Source: a virus
Taxonomy: Duplodnaviria; Caudoviricetes
DNA length: 54,507 bases
Virus record (IMG/VR): IMGVR_UViG_3300020045_002715
Span: 1 to 54,507 of that record
Strand: one strand, 5' to 3'
Shown: piece by piece, positions 1 through 8,071 of the stretch
Numbering within the stretch: position 1 is the first letter of the stretch
Layout: each line of letters begins with the position of its first letter
Made by a program: the position numbers and the translations under genes
The notes under the pieces: model-generated
Told to the model about the DNA's origin: nothing
Seen by the model: only the letters and a program-made list of their open reading frames with translations
The model's database searches: none

Positions 1-121
1 AACACGGAAGCTTCACATGCTGTCTGGCGGGTTCGTGACCCGTTCGGCCAACCCGAGAAATTGGGAGACAGCAGGTGAAGCTTTTTTTATGGGCAAAAGA
101 AATGAATAACTACGAAAAGTA
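1..121. repeat. Terminal direct repeat (copy 1) marking a circular or circularly permuted contig
   Basis: 1-121 is identical to 54387-54507. Confidence 0.95.
8..88 (+). ncRNA. C4-antisense-like structured RNA, copy 1, upstream of the replication operon
   Basis: Closing stem AAGCTTCAC-A-TGCTGTCT / AGACAGCA-G-GTGAAGCTT followed by a T-run; inner hairpin 26-44; single-stranded CGGCCAA 45-51; GAAA hairpin 52-65; complementary TTGGCCG lies upstream at 54372 across the junction. Confidence 0.7.
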
Positions 122-221
122 CGAAGCCATGAAACGCGACTGGGTGCAGCTAAACCCAAGCGCGACCAATGAGGAATACCAGAGCGCAATGCGTCGAATC
201 GCAGATAAGTGTGGGGTTTGA
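102..221 (+). CDS. 39-aa small protein immediately upstream of the replication initiator
   Basis: MNNYEKYEAMKRDWVQLNPSATNEEYQSAMRRIADKCGV, below the ORF-track cutoff; stop abuts the GTG at 223. Confidence 0.6.
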   Translation: MNNYEKYEAMKRDWVQLNPSATNEEYQSAMRRIADKCGV

Positions 222-222
222 C

Positions 223-999
223 GTGGCCGGCGACTGGATCAAGATGCGTGGCAATTTATGGGACGATCCGAGGATCACCAGAATGTGCGACATTACCGGA
301 GAATCGGAGGCCGCTGTCATAGGTGCATGCTATTGGCTGTGGGCCACCGCTGACCAGCATTCAGACACCGGAACGATGGCAGGGTTATCTCTTAATTCCA
401 TCAACAGGAAAACAGGCGTTAAAGGCATCGGGCAAGCCATGGTTGATATTGGATGGTTAGCTGAATGTGATGAGGGGATTCAACTATTGCGGTTCAGTGA
501 CCATAATGGCGCTTCTGCAAAAAAACGGTCACAGACCGCCAGAAGAGTGTCAACGCACAGAAGTAACGATGATGTAACGCCAGAAACTCCAACCTGTAAC
601 GCTCAAAACGTTACAGGAGCGTTAGCTAGAGAAGAGAAGAGAAGAGAAGAAGATGTAAAGACTCTTGTCACCGGCGTTGCCGATGACGTGAGCGTTGCAA
701 AGCTTTCAAAACCTGACTGCCCTCACCAAGCAATAATTGATTTGTACCACCAGCATTTGCCGCAATGCCCAGCAATCAGGGATTGGACGCCAGCAAGAGC
801 TACGCAACTGCGAGCGCGATGGAATGAAAGCCCAGACAGGCAGAATCTGGAATACTGGAGCGGGTTATTTGACTACATAGGGACTTGCGATTTTCTGGTT
901 GGCAGAAGCGCCAAGCCGTGGTTTGCAGACTTGGAATGGATAACAAAATCACAAAACTTCACAAAAATTCGTGAGGGGAAATATGAGAACAGAGCATGA
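223..999 (+). CDS. Phage replication initiator (lambda O-like)
   Basis: N-terminus (V)AGDWIKMR, central REEKRREE linker, C-terminal ADLEWI...KIREGKY; directly upstream of DnaB; GTG at 223 is the probable start. Confidence 0.8.
   Translation: MAGDWIKMRGNLWDDPRITRMCDITGESEAAVIGACYWLWATADQHSDTGTMAGLSLNSINRKTGVKGIGQAMVDIGWLAECDEGIQLLRFSDHNGASAKKRSQTARRVSTHRSNDDVTPETPTCNAQNVTGALAREEKRREEDVKTLVTGVADDVSVAKLSKPDCPHQAIIDLYHQHLPQCPAIRDWTPARATQLRARWNESPDRQNLEYWSGLFDYIGTCDFLVGRSAKPWFADLEWITKSQNFTKIREGKYENRA
560..655. other. Putative replication origin (iteron-like repeats) inside the initiator gene
   Basis: GTAACG at 563, TGTAACGC at 573 and 595, inverted CGTTACA at 609, then an AGAAG purine run, matching lambdoid ori placement. 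Confidence 0.5.
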
Positions 1000-2360
1000 T
1001 GGAGCATGAAGACCACACCGTATCAATCCGCGCCGAACAAGCTGTACTTGGCTCTTTGCTGGTTGACAATGATTCGTTGGACCGTTGCGCAGATTTGGAG
1101 GCGTCACATTTTTACCGCGAGGATCACCGGTTAATCTTTGCAGAGATTCAGCGGCAGATTGCAGCCGGGAAGCGAGTTGACCCGATGACGTTGATGAACG
1201 TCTTGGCGAACCGCGTTGAAGATTGCTTGAAATACTGCGCGACTTTGCGTATGTCGGCTGCATCAGCCGCGAACATCGGGCGCCATGCTGAGATTGTCCG
1301 CGAGAAGGCCGATAAGCGGGCGCTGGTGGCGATTGGGATAGAAGCGCAGGAGCTTGCGGCCTCACACCAAGATTCTGCCTCCTGCGTCGATCTGGTGGCT
1401 TCCAAGCTTGAGGCGCTTACGCAACGTAAAACGGCGCATGAGCCTAAACTGATTGGCGATACGATGGTCGATTACCTGACCATGATTCAGGAGCGTATGA
1501 CGGGCTTGCATAAACCGATTGCTACCGGCTACACGCATTTCGATGAGTTGATGGGTGGCGGTTTGGAGCGTGGCACGTTGACTGTAGTAGCTGCGAGGCC
1601 AGGCATGGGGAAAACAGCTTTTGGACTGGGCATTGCGCGCAACGTTGCAGCAAACGGCGGGATATCGGCGATTCTCTCAATGGAAATGGCGGCGCAACAG
1701 ATCAATGATCGCAACATGGCGGCGATTGGCAAGATTCCTCTTGCATGGCTTCGCAGCCCTAGCGAAAACGACAATGACAGCCCTTATTGGAACCAGCTTT
1801 CGTATGCGACCCAAAAAGCACAGGCAATGAAGCTCTGGATCGACGAGCAGGCCGGGATGAACATGATTGAGCTTCGTGCAAAGGCGCGCAAGATCAAACG
1901 TAAAAGTGGTTTGGATATCCTTGTAATTGACCAGCTTAGCTTTATTCAGGGCGGCGACGCGGACCAAGATTGGCAGCGCATTGGGCAGTACACGCGCGGC
2001 ATGATCGAGGTTGCAAAGAGCCTCGATATCGCAGTTGTTTTGCTAGCTCAATTGAACCGAAAGTGTGAGGACAGGACGGATAAGCGTCCAATCATGTCGG
2101 ATTTGGCGCAATCAGGCTCTATCGAGCAAGATGCTGCGAACATCGTTTTTCTGTACCGCGATGTGATTTACAACAAGGAAACACCAGAACCAGAGGTTGC
2201 GGAAATCATTTCAGCTAAGCAGCGGCAAGGTGTGCCAGGCACTGTAGGAATGCGCTACAACGGGATATTTACTCTTTTTGATGATATGCCTTACCGATGG
2301 GAACGAAAAGCGCCAGAGCGCGATCAATCGCAAAATAAGCAACGGCGCGGATTTAGTTGA
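996..2360 (+). CDS. dnaB: Replicative DNA helicase, DnaB family
   Basis: AEQAVLGSLL N-terminus, Walker A AARPGMGKT, SMEM, LVIDQL, LAQLNR, SGSIEQDA. Confidence 0.95.
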   Translation: MMEHEDHTVSIRAEQAVLGSLLVDNDSLDRCADLEASHFYREDHRLIFAEIQRQIAAGKRVDPMTLMNVLANRVEDCLKYCATLRMSAASAANIGRHAEIVREKADKRALVAIGIEAQELAASHQDSASCVDLVASKLEALTQRKTAHEPKLIGDTMVDYLTMIQERMTGLHKPIATGYTHFDELMGGGLERGTLTVVAARPGMGKTAFGLGIARNVAANGGISAILSMEMAAQQINDRNMAAIGKIPLAWLRSPSENDNDSPYWNQLSYATQKAQAMKLWIDEQAGMNMIELRAKARKIKRKSGLDILVIDQLSFIQGGDADQDWQRIGQYTRGMIEVAKSLDIAVVLLAQLNRKCEDRTDKRPIMSDLAQSGSIEQDAANIVFLYRDVIYNKETPEPEVAEIISAKQRQGVPGTVGMRYNGIFTLFDDMPYRWERKAPERDQSQNKQRRGFS

Positions 2361-2404
2361 AGTACCGAAGTCACCAGATGCAGTCTAACCAAGGAGTAAT
2401 AAAA

Positions 2405-2782
2405 ATGCACATTCCAACACTCAGTGAGTACCACGAAATGCAGGAAGTCACATCGTACGAAAGCCAGATTCTGGCATGGATGCGCAGCAAGGGCGGCGAG
2501 GTAGTTGTCGCCACCGCGATTGCCAAGAAGTTTAACGTAGGCAATGCGGCGATGATGACCCTGCTGAATGAATTAGCAGCGGCTGGCAAGATTCGCCGCG
2601 CAGCTCGGCGCAACAACAAGAACGCTGCCGCCTTCTACATTCCCAGCGAGGCCGAGCTTGACGCTGAACGGCGCATGACGCAGGAGGCGAAAGTAACGGC
2701 TCCTCTGAAAATCGACAAAGTTCGCCAGGAGCTTTACGCGCAGATCGCGGCTAGTCGCGTGGCAATGCCGAGCAAGGGGTGA
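2405..2782 (+). CDS. Putative winged-HTH DNA-binding protein
   Basis: ATAIAKKFNVGNAAMMTLLNELAAAGKI HTH-like; AAGGAG RBS before the ATG at 2405. Confidence 0.5.
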   Translation: MHIPTLSEYHEMQEVTSYESQILAWMRSKGGEVVVATAIAKKFNVGNAAMMTLLNELAAAGKIRRAARRNNKNAAAFYIPSEAELDAERRMTQEAKVTAPLKIDKVRQELYAQIAASRVAMPSKG

Positions 2783-2784
2783 GC

Positions 2785-3276
2785 ATGGCAAAGCCTCGCA
2801 AGAAATACGTTCCCAAGCGCTGCTTTCAAGGCGGCGGACTGCTTGCCCTGTTGCGGATCGAAGCGCGCGCAGAGAACGCCTCACCACTACGCGATGACCA
2901 AAAGGACGACCTAGGCCGCAACTATTGGCTCTCGTTCACCAACTTGACGCAAGGCATCGCCAGCTATCAAAGCTGGGAAGTATGTGTAGGCAGCTTAAAC
3001 ATGGGGCTGGTGCTTGCCGAGAAGGTCTTCCAAGGGCAGGGCGAGGAAGAAATGGTTGCGGCGCTTGATGGGCTGTTTAAGGCCAAGCTACGCGGTGACA
3101 AGACAGACCGATACCGGCTTGACGGTGATGGCATCCAATCTGTGCGGGAGGCGCTAACGATCCACGATCAGCAAATGCAGCTCGCTCACCGCCGAGAAAT
3201 TGTAGATGCTATCGCCACAGTGAAGCAGCGAGTAGCCAACGGTAACGTGTATAGCGTAGAAACAACAGCCGCGTGA
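2785..3276 (+). CDS. Hypothetical phage protein
   Basis: Operon-coupled ORF starting MAKPRKKYVPK. Confidence 0.6.
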   Translation: MAKPRKKYVPKRCFQGGGLLALLRIEARAENASPLRDDQKDDLGRNYWLSFTNLTQGIASYQSWEVCVGSLNMGLVLAEKVFQGQGEEEMVAALDGLFKAKLRGDKTDRYRLDGDGIQSVREALTIHDQQMQLAHRREIVDAIATVKQRVANGNVYSVETTAA

Positions 3277-3291
3277 ATTGGGCGAAAGCTC

Positions 3292-3320
3292 TTGCGTGCG
3301 GATAAGAGGAAGGGTATATT
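3292..3320 (+). promoter_or_regulatory. Sigma70-like promoter with conserved GCGGATAA spacer motif
   Basis: TTGCGT-17 bp-TATATT. Confidence 0.65.
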
Positions 3321-3391
3321 ACGTACATGGGCAGCGCAGCAGAAAATGCGTTATACTGTATCTTTAAGTGATGCGGAATAGCGGAGGGATT

Positions 3392-3874
3392 ATGGCAAAG
3401 CTCCAAGATTGGACTCAAGAAGAATTGAAGAAAGTTATCAGATACGAGCCTGATACTGGGCGCTTCTTCAAGGTGGCAACAGGTAAGGAAATTGGGCCGG
3501 GAAACAAGTCTCGATATTTGACGATCAGGATTGGCGACAACAAGCCGTATTACGCGCACAGACTGGCGTGGCTTTATGTGCATGGCGCCGTGCCTGATCA
3601 GTTGGATCATGTCAACGGCATCCCGCGAGACAACCGGATTGCAAACTTGAGATTGTGCAGCCATTCGCAAAACATGATTAACCGAGAGCGACAGGCAAAC
3701 AATAGGACCGGATATCGCGGCGTTAGATTGAGAGATACAGGTAAGTACGAGGCTGCAATCTGCCTAAATGGCAAAAAATACTACCTTGGCAGCAACTATG
3801 CTACGGCATTGGAAGCAGCAGAGGCATACAAAAAAGCATCGGACGAGGTCTACGCCGAGTTTGCAAGAAAATAA
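3392..3874 (+). CDS. HNH homing endonuclease with C-terminal AP2 domain
   Basis: YYAHRLAWLYVHG..DHVNGIPRDNRIANLR; NNRTGYRGV..YEAAI..KKYYLG..AAEAY. Confidence 0.92.
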   Translation: MAKLQDWTQEELKKVIRYEPDTGRFFKVATGKEIGPGNKSRYLTIRIGDNKPYYAHRLAWLYVHGAVPDQLDHVNGIPRDNRIANLRLCSHSQNMINRERQANNRTGYRGVRLRDTGKYEAAICLNGKKYYLGSNYATALEAAEAYKKASDEVYAEFARK

Positions 3875-3911
3875 CCGCCCGCTAGTCGGGCATCAATTGG
3901 AGCAAGACATC

Positions 3912-4121
3912 ATGGCACGGATTGAATTTATTGGCAGCAACTTGTTTATCGGAATTGATACCCACGTGTACCCCTCGAAACTTGGGTACTGGATCGACAA
4001 GACTTTTGACCGTGGGATGCGCACCGACAGCCGGATCACCGTGATGGATGACTTCGGCAACCTGATTGATGTTCTTGACGCCGCCCACCAGCGTGCCGCA
4101 TACCGCCAAGCGCTGCACTAA
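3912..4121 (+). CDS. Hypothetical protein
   Basis: GGAG RBS; MARIEFIG...VMDDFGNLI. Confidence 0.5.
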   Translation: MARIEFIGSNLFIGIDTHVYPSKLGYWIDKTFDRGMRTDSRITVMDDFGNLIDVLDAAHQRAAYRQALH

Positions 4122-4155
4122 CAGCCCGCCCTTCGGGGCATCACTGGGAGTTATC

Positions 4156-5379
4156 ATGAACGCCACCAAATACGACATGCGCAAGTACGAAAACGCCGTG
4201 GACAATCAAGGCCCATGGCAGACGTGTTTTCAAAACGCGCTGACCTCGTCTATGGAGATGATGATGAAACAGGCGGGGCCTGATGTCGGGCAGTTGTCGC
4301 GCTTGCAGAACTACTACGACACGCGGGTGTATCAGGACGACGTTGGCGTGGATAGCGGCTCTGTGAGCTACGCGGCTCTGTTGGCTGCGCAACGTATTGG
4401 GATCGCGCCGGAAAGCCTGTGGAGCTACACGCAAGCCAATCTAATGCCAAAGCCTGGCGAAGCAGTCTACGCGGCTGCAAACGTCAAGGTGATGGACTAC
4501 GACAACATGCCTGTGTACTACAAGCCTACGGAGATTCGCGACTGGGTGCTGGATCATCTGTCGGAGGGCAAGAGCGTCATCATCGCAATGCACTTGCGGT
4601 ATTTCTTCAAGTACCAGAGCGGCCCGCTTGCACAGCAGGACAGCGACGGCAAGGGCGTGAGCTACGGCGGGCATGCGGTCGAGATTGTCGGCTGGGATGG
4701 CGATCTTAACGGTGGCAGCTACATTGTCAAGAATAGCTATGGCGCCAATTGGGGCGATCACGGCTACGGCTCGATCAGCTACAAACAGTTTGATTTCAGC
4801 AACAACTCGGACCTGATTTCGATGCAGTCAATCACCGGCATCAAGGTGGGCGACAAAGAGTACGATTTCCGCTTCAGCGACCTGCGCGAAACGGTCGCCG
4901 AGCAGTACACGACGATCCTTGGCCGCTCTGCGGATATTGCCGGCATGAACTGGTACACGGAAAAGGCGCAAGCCATCGTGGAAACCAAATGGCAGCTTGC
5001 CGAAAGCCTGATTAACTCGGCGGAGGGCAAGGCGCTGTACGAGGCTATGAGCAACACGCAGTTCGTGCAGCAAGTCTACAGTAACGTGCTAGGCCGTACG
5101 GCTGACACTGGCGGCTTGGAGTTCTGGAGCCACGCGCTTGACGATGGCGTATCACGCGGAAAGTTGTTCGCTGAGTTCCTGCAATCCATGGAGGCGCCGA
5201 ATGCTGAGAATCACGAACTGTTCGATAACAAGGTCAACATGAGCATGAATATCACGATAACTCATAATTACATGGGAAATCACAACACCGACGTAGCAAA
5301 GCTGCTAGCGCAAGTCACAGCCAATGATAACAACCTTGAGGTGCTGAAAATCGGCATCCCTGAAACTTGGAGCGTTTAA
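4156..5379 (+). CDS. Papain-like (C1 family) cysteine peptidase with C-terminal DUF4214-like repeats
   Basis: DNQGPWQTC (oxyanion Q, catalytic C), GGHAVEIVGW (H), YIVKNSYGANWGDHGY (N); C-terminal YTTILGRSADIAGMNWY and FVQQVYSNVLGRTADTGGLEFWSHALDDG. Confidence 0.85.
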   Translation: MNATKYDMRKYENAVDNQGPWQTCFQNALTSSMEMMMKQAGPDVGQLSRLQNYYDTRVYQDDVGVDSGSVSYAALLAAQRIGIAPESLWSYTQANLMPKPGEAVYAAANVKVMDYDNMPVYYKPTEIRDWVLDHLSEGKSVIIAMHLRYFFKYQSGPLAQQDSDGKGVSYGGHAVEIVGWDGDLNGGSYIVKNSYGANWGDHGYGSISYKQFDFSNNSDLISMQSITGIKVGDKEYDFRFSDLRETVAEQYTTILGRSADIAGMNWYTEKAQAIVETKWQLAESLINSAEGKALYEAMSNTQFVQQVYSNVLGRTADTGGLEFWSHALDDGVSRGKLFAEFLQSMEAPNAENHELFDNKVNMSMNITITHNYMGNHNTDVAKLLAQVTANDNNLEVLKIGIPETWSV

Positions 5380-5400
5380 ACAATAACCTAGAGGATAATT

Positions 5401-5796
5401 ATGAAACCACATAAACACGCGGAAGTTATCAAGGCATGGGCTGATGGCGCCGTTATCCAATATCGTGATGAGGGCGGATTCTGGGCGGATGTAACTACTG
5501 GGACTCCTACATTTAGGGTAGAAAGGCATTATCGTATAAAGCCAGCGCCAAAGTGGCCTAGAACGACGATGAGTGATCGCGCGCTAGAAATTGCATACAC
5601 TGGCCATGAAGGCGCTACGGCAATTTGTCCAGAGCCGGATGAGTGGCGCCGCATCGCCAACGCCGCGCTTGCGCATTCGCTTGAAACGGGCCAGGTAGTG
5701 TTGCCAGCTAAAAATAACTATGCGTATCAAACTGGGCTTACTGCTGGCGACCAACTAGCAGGCTTGCGCATAAGAGGTCTTAATGAGCCCCGCTAA
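5401..5796 (+). CDS. Hypothetical phage protein
   Basis: GAGGA RBS; KHAEVIKAWADG..YRIKP motif common in phage proteins. Confidence 0.7.
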   Translation: MKPHKHAEVIKAWADGAVIQYRDEGGFWADVTTGTPTFRVERHYRIKPAPKWPRTTMSDRALEIAYTGHEGATAICPEPDEWRRIANAALAHSLETGQVVLPAKNNYAYQTGLTAGDQLAGLRIRGLNEPR

Positions 5797-5995
5797 CCGC
5801 CTCCTACACCACCTACGCGGCCAGCAGCTCAAAGCATTAGCTCGCATAGTAGGTGAGTTGCAACCGCAAGACGCGGAGGCTGTGAGGCGATTCTTATTCA
5901 TTGTAGGGCCTCAGTACGATATGTTGGCGCTGTCCGACTATGCGCTCGAAGAAATCGACATCATAAGCGGTCGATATTTTGATAAGGTGGGATGA
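5783..5995 (+). CDS. Hypothetical protein
   Basis: Overlapping operon ORF. Confidence 0.5.
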   Translation: MSPANRLLHHLRGQQLKALARIVGELQPQDAEAVRRFLFIVGPQYDMLALSDYALEEIDIISGRYFDKVG

Positions 5996-5996
5996 T

Positions 5997-6218
5997 ATGA
6001 GCAAAGAAACGGGCGGCCCGGCATTTCCGATAGCTGGTGTGATTGGAGCCAATGGGATGACGCTACGCGACTATTTTGCAAATAATGCGGGTGAAAAAGA
6101 CGTTGAGCAGGCGTTACATGTCATTTCAATGACTCAACAGCCAATGCCCCCATTAGCTCGTAGGGCAAAAGCGCGCTACATGGTGGCTGACGCAATGATA
6201 TCGGAGCGTGCCAAGTGA
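5997..6218 (+). CDS. Conserved small phage protein (GGPAFP...GMTLRDYFA family)
   Basis: TGGPAFP..GMTLRDYFA..YMVADAMISER. Confidence 0.8.
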   Translation: MSKETGGPAFPIAGVIGANGMTLRDYFANNAGEKDVEQALHVISMTQQPMPPLARRAKARYMVADAMISERAK

Positions 6219-6363
6219 CGAAATCCGAGCATGACCAAGCGCGCCGTGAGTTAGGGTGGGCGTTTAAAGGGGCGGGGCGATGAGCAAATTCCAAATATTT
6301 TGCATGATCTGCTCAGTTGTTGTTTTCTGCGCATATCTTTGGCGCGTACTTCGTTAAAGTTGC

Positions 6364-6391
6364 TTGACGCAACATAGGCATAGTGTAGAAT
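6364..6391 (+). promoter_or_regulatory. Promoter upstream of the ncRNA cluster
   Basis: TTGACG-16 bp-TAGAAT. Confidence 0.55.
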
Positions 6392-6574
6392 TAAGTCTTG
6401 AAACAGAGCGCAGGGTTCGCAGCACCCGCCCGAGTAGATTGGGCAAAGCTGCAAGTAGCAAAGCACTCCCGTCATAGACGAGCATTGCCGAAAGCTGCCA
6501 CGTAAGCCAGACTGCCTAACAAGGCGCTGCATTGCTGGCCAAGGTACGAAGTCTCCCTGATAGTGCTGTAGGAA

Positions 6575-6676
6575 ATGGTGAATGCGCAAATGATGATTGC
6601 GCTTCGCGGCGATAAGAGCTTGGACTTCAATCCTTGTAGATCTAACGCAAGCTGGAAATTCATCACCGGCCACCAT
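6575..6676 (+). ncRNA. tRNA-shaped kissing-loop RNA, copy 1
   Basis: ATGGTG/CACCAT closing stem; GCGCAA/TTGCGC hairpin with TGATGA loop; GCTGG/CCGGC hairpin with TCATCA in loop, complementary to the first loop. Confidence 0.6.
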
Positions 6677-6755
6677 GCAGTATCCGTAAGAAGCCGCGCA
6701 CCGCAAGAGAGCGCCGGGAGAGGCAACTCCCAAGAACAGCAGTAGTGCAGATAGT

Positions 6756-6772
6756 GCCGGTTCGATTCCGGC
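6756..6772 (+). ncRNA. Isolated tRNA T-arm (degenerate tRNA-like element)
   Basis: GCCGG-TTCGATT-CCGGC; no complete cloverleaf could be built. Confidence 0.35.
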
Positions 6773-6987
6773 TCGTTCGCAGAGGCTTGGTAGGAAGGGA
6801 GGCGGCTCGATACCGTGATTGGGGTCAGGTGATCCAAAGGCGTGACAGCCGGAAAGACGGCGCGCAGTACCGGGCCGCAGAGGCTTAGCCCCTCTGCAAA
6901 CCCCTTAACAGGGCGCAGCGCCGAATACACGCTGCTTATGCGAGGCTCCAGCAGCGACCGGCTGTGTAACGCGGTCTATAGATTAAC

Positions 6988-7086
6988 GCTTGGGTAGCTC
7001 AACGGTCAGAGCAGTGATCTGGCAATGCGATTTGATTCGCCCGCCTGTTGCACGCGTAGCTGGTTCGACTCCAGCCCCTTGCGCCT
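6988..7086 (+). ncRNA. tRNA-like RNA or pseudo-tRNA with an expanded 40-nt anticodon arm
   Basis: TA-GCTC-AACGGTCA-GAGC D-arm; GCTGG-TTCGACT-CCAGC T-arm; acceptor GCTTGGG/CCCTTGC with two T-T mismatches; ends G-CCT. Confidence 0.65.
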
Positions 7087-7672
7087 GGTTTTGGTATGAC
7101 ACCGCAGGTGCGGATCGGGATCAATAATCCCATCAGCATAAGCGCCAACCCTCCACCGGCTAACATAGCGGACTGCAACACGGCGTGATTGTGCAGAGCT
7201 AAGTATAAGAGCGCAGAGCGTGGAAGCCGCTAGTAGTACAAAGTCTTGCAAGAGACGCTACAAGTAAAGACTTTGGAAAAATTCGGGAGGGTAGCCTAAT
7301 GCTCTGGCTATGTAGTCATCCCCGATATAGAGCAACCAAAGTCTTTTCTTGTGGCGAGGAAGTGTAGCAATACCATGCCTGGAGCAGGGCAGCACAAGGG
7401 TGTACGCATACAACGTGCTTTTGGCGTACGAAGCGAAATCCGTGAAAACTTAGGGAAGTAACGGGCGAGCGGGATTCCTGATAAAGTATTGCCGCCACAC
7501 TAGGTTCGAGGTAATGGGATGCAATAGTGCCTCCTCATCCTCTAGTAGGTGCATATTAGCGCGATATGCCGCTTGACTCCCGAAACGAGTCGCCACACAT
7601 AGCCATAATCCAGAACGTGGGACTCTGACCCTATGGTTACGGCGAAGTTCAGAGCTTTGATTATGGCTATGT

Positions 7673-7776
7673 GTGGTGCAAAGCGTAGGCTGATACGCAA
7701 ATCGTACTTCGGGTGTCTTTCAACTGGCGAGTAAAAGTCGTAACCGATAAGCCTGGGATCAGTGCAGGCGCACCAC
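7673..7776 (+). ncRNA. tRNA-shaped kissing-loop RNA, copy 2
   Basis: GTGGTGC/GCACCAC; GCGTA/TACGC hairpin with GGCTGA loop; GCCTG/CAGGC hairpin with TCAGT in loop. Confidence 0.6.
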
Positions 7777-7871
7777 TTCAAACAGCGCCCACTATCCAGA
7801 TAGGCTAGGGGCGCAAAAGAGTTCCCGCTCTGCGAAAGCATCGGGCTTAAAGTCCTCGCAAGGGGCAGATT

Positions 7872-7902
7872 AGCCCGCCCTAACCGGTGGGCTTTTTGTT
7901 TT
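7872..7902 (+). terminator. Rho-independent terminator ending the ncRNA cluster
   Basis: AGCCCGCC-loop-GGTGGGCT-TTTTGTTTT. Confidence 0.75.
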
Positions 7903-7964
7903 CATGTCACACGCAAATTGATATAGAATGGCAATGCGCCTTGGAGGGCGTGTAAAAATCTAGC

Positions 7965-8049
7965 AGGGATTCACACAGACGCTGGCTGGTAGTTAGATAC
8001 CAGTTCCTCCAACCTTAGAAATAAGGAGCGTCTGTCTGAATCCCTTTTT
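7965..8049 (+). ncRNA. C4-antisense-like structured RNA, copy 2
   Basis: Same architecture as 8-88, with single-stranded CCTCCAA (8006-8012) complementary to upstream TTGGAGG (7941-7947). Confidence 0.7.
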
Positions 8050-8071
8050 CTTAAAAAGAATAGGAAAGAAC

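Noticed and set aside
3368-3874. HNH endonuclease as part of a group I intron or intein
   Set aside because: It is free-standing between complete ORFs, with no interrupted host gene evident.
6251-7841. Minus-strand ORFs in the ncRNA region (6251-6733, 6472-6930, 7542-7841 and others)
   Set aside because: No RBS, atypical composition and antisense to a promoter-terminator unit; likely spurious.
6400-7870. Canonical tRNA genes or a hammerhead/twister ribozyme
   Set aside because: No complete 7-nt-anticodon cloverleaf with a sound acceptor stem, and no CTGATGA..GAAA core in the correct context, found by eye.
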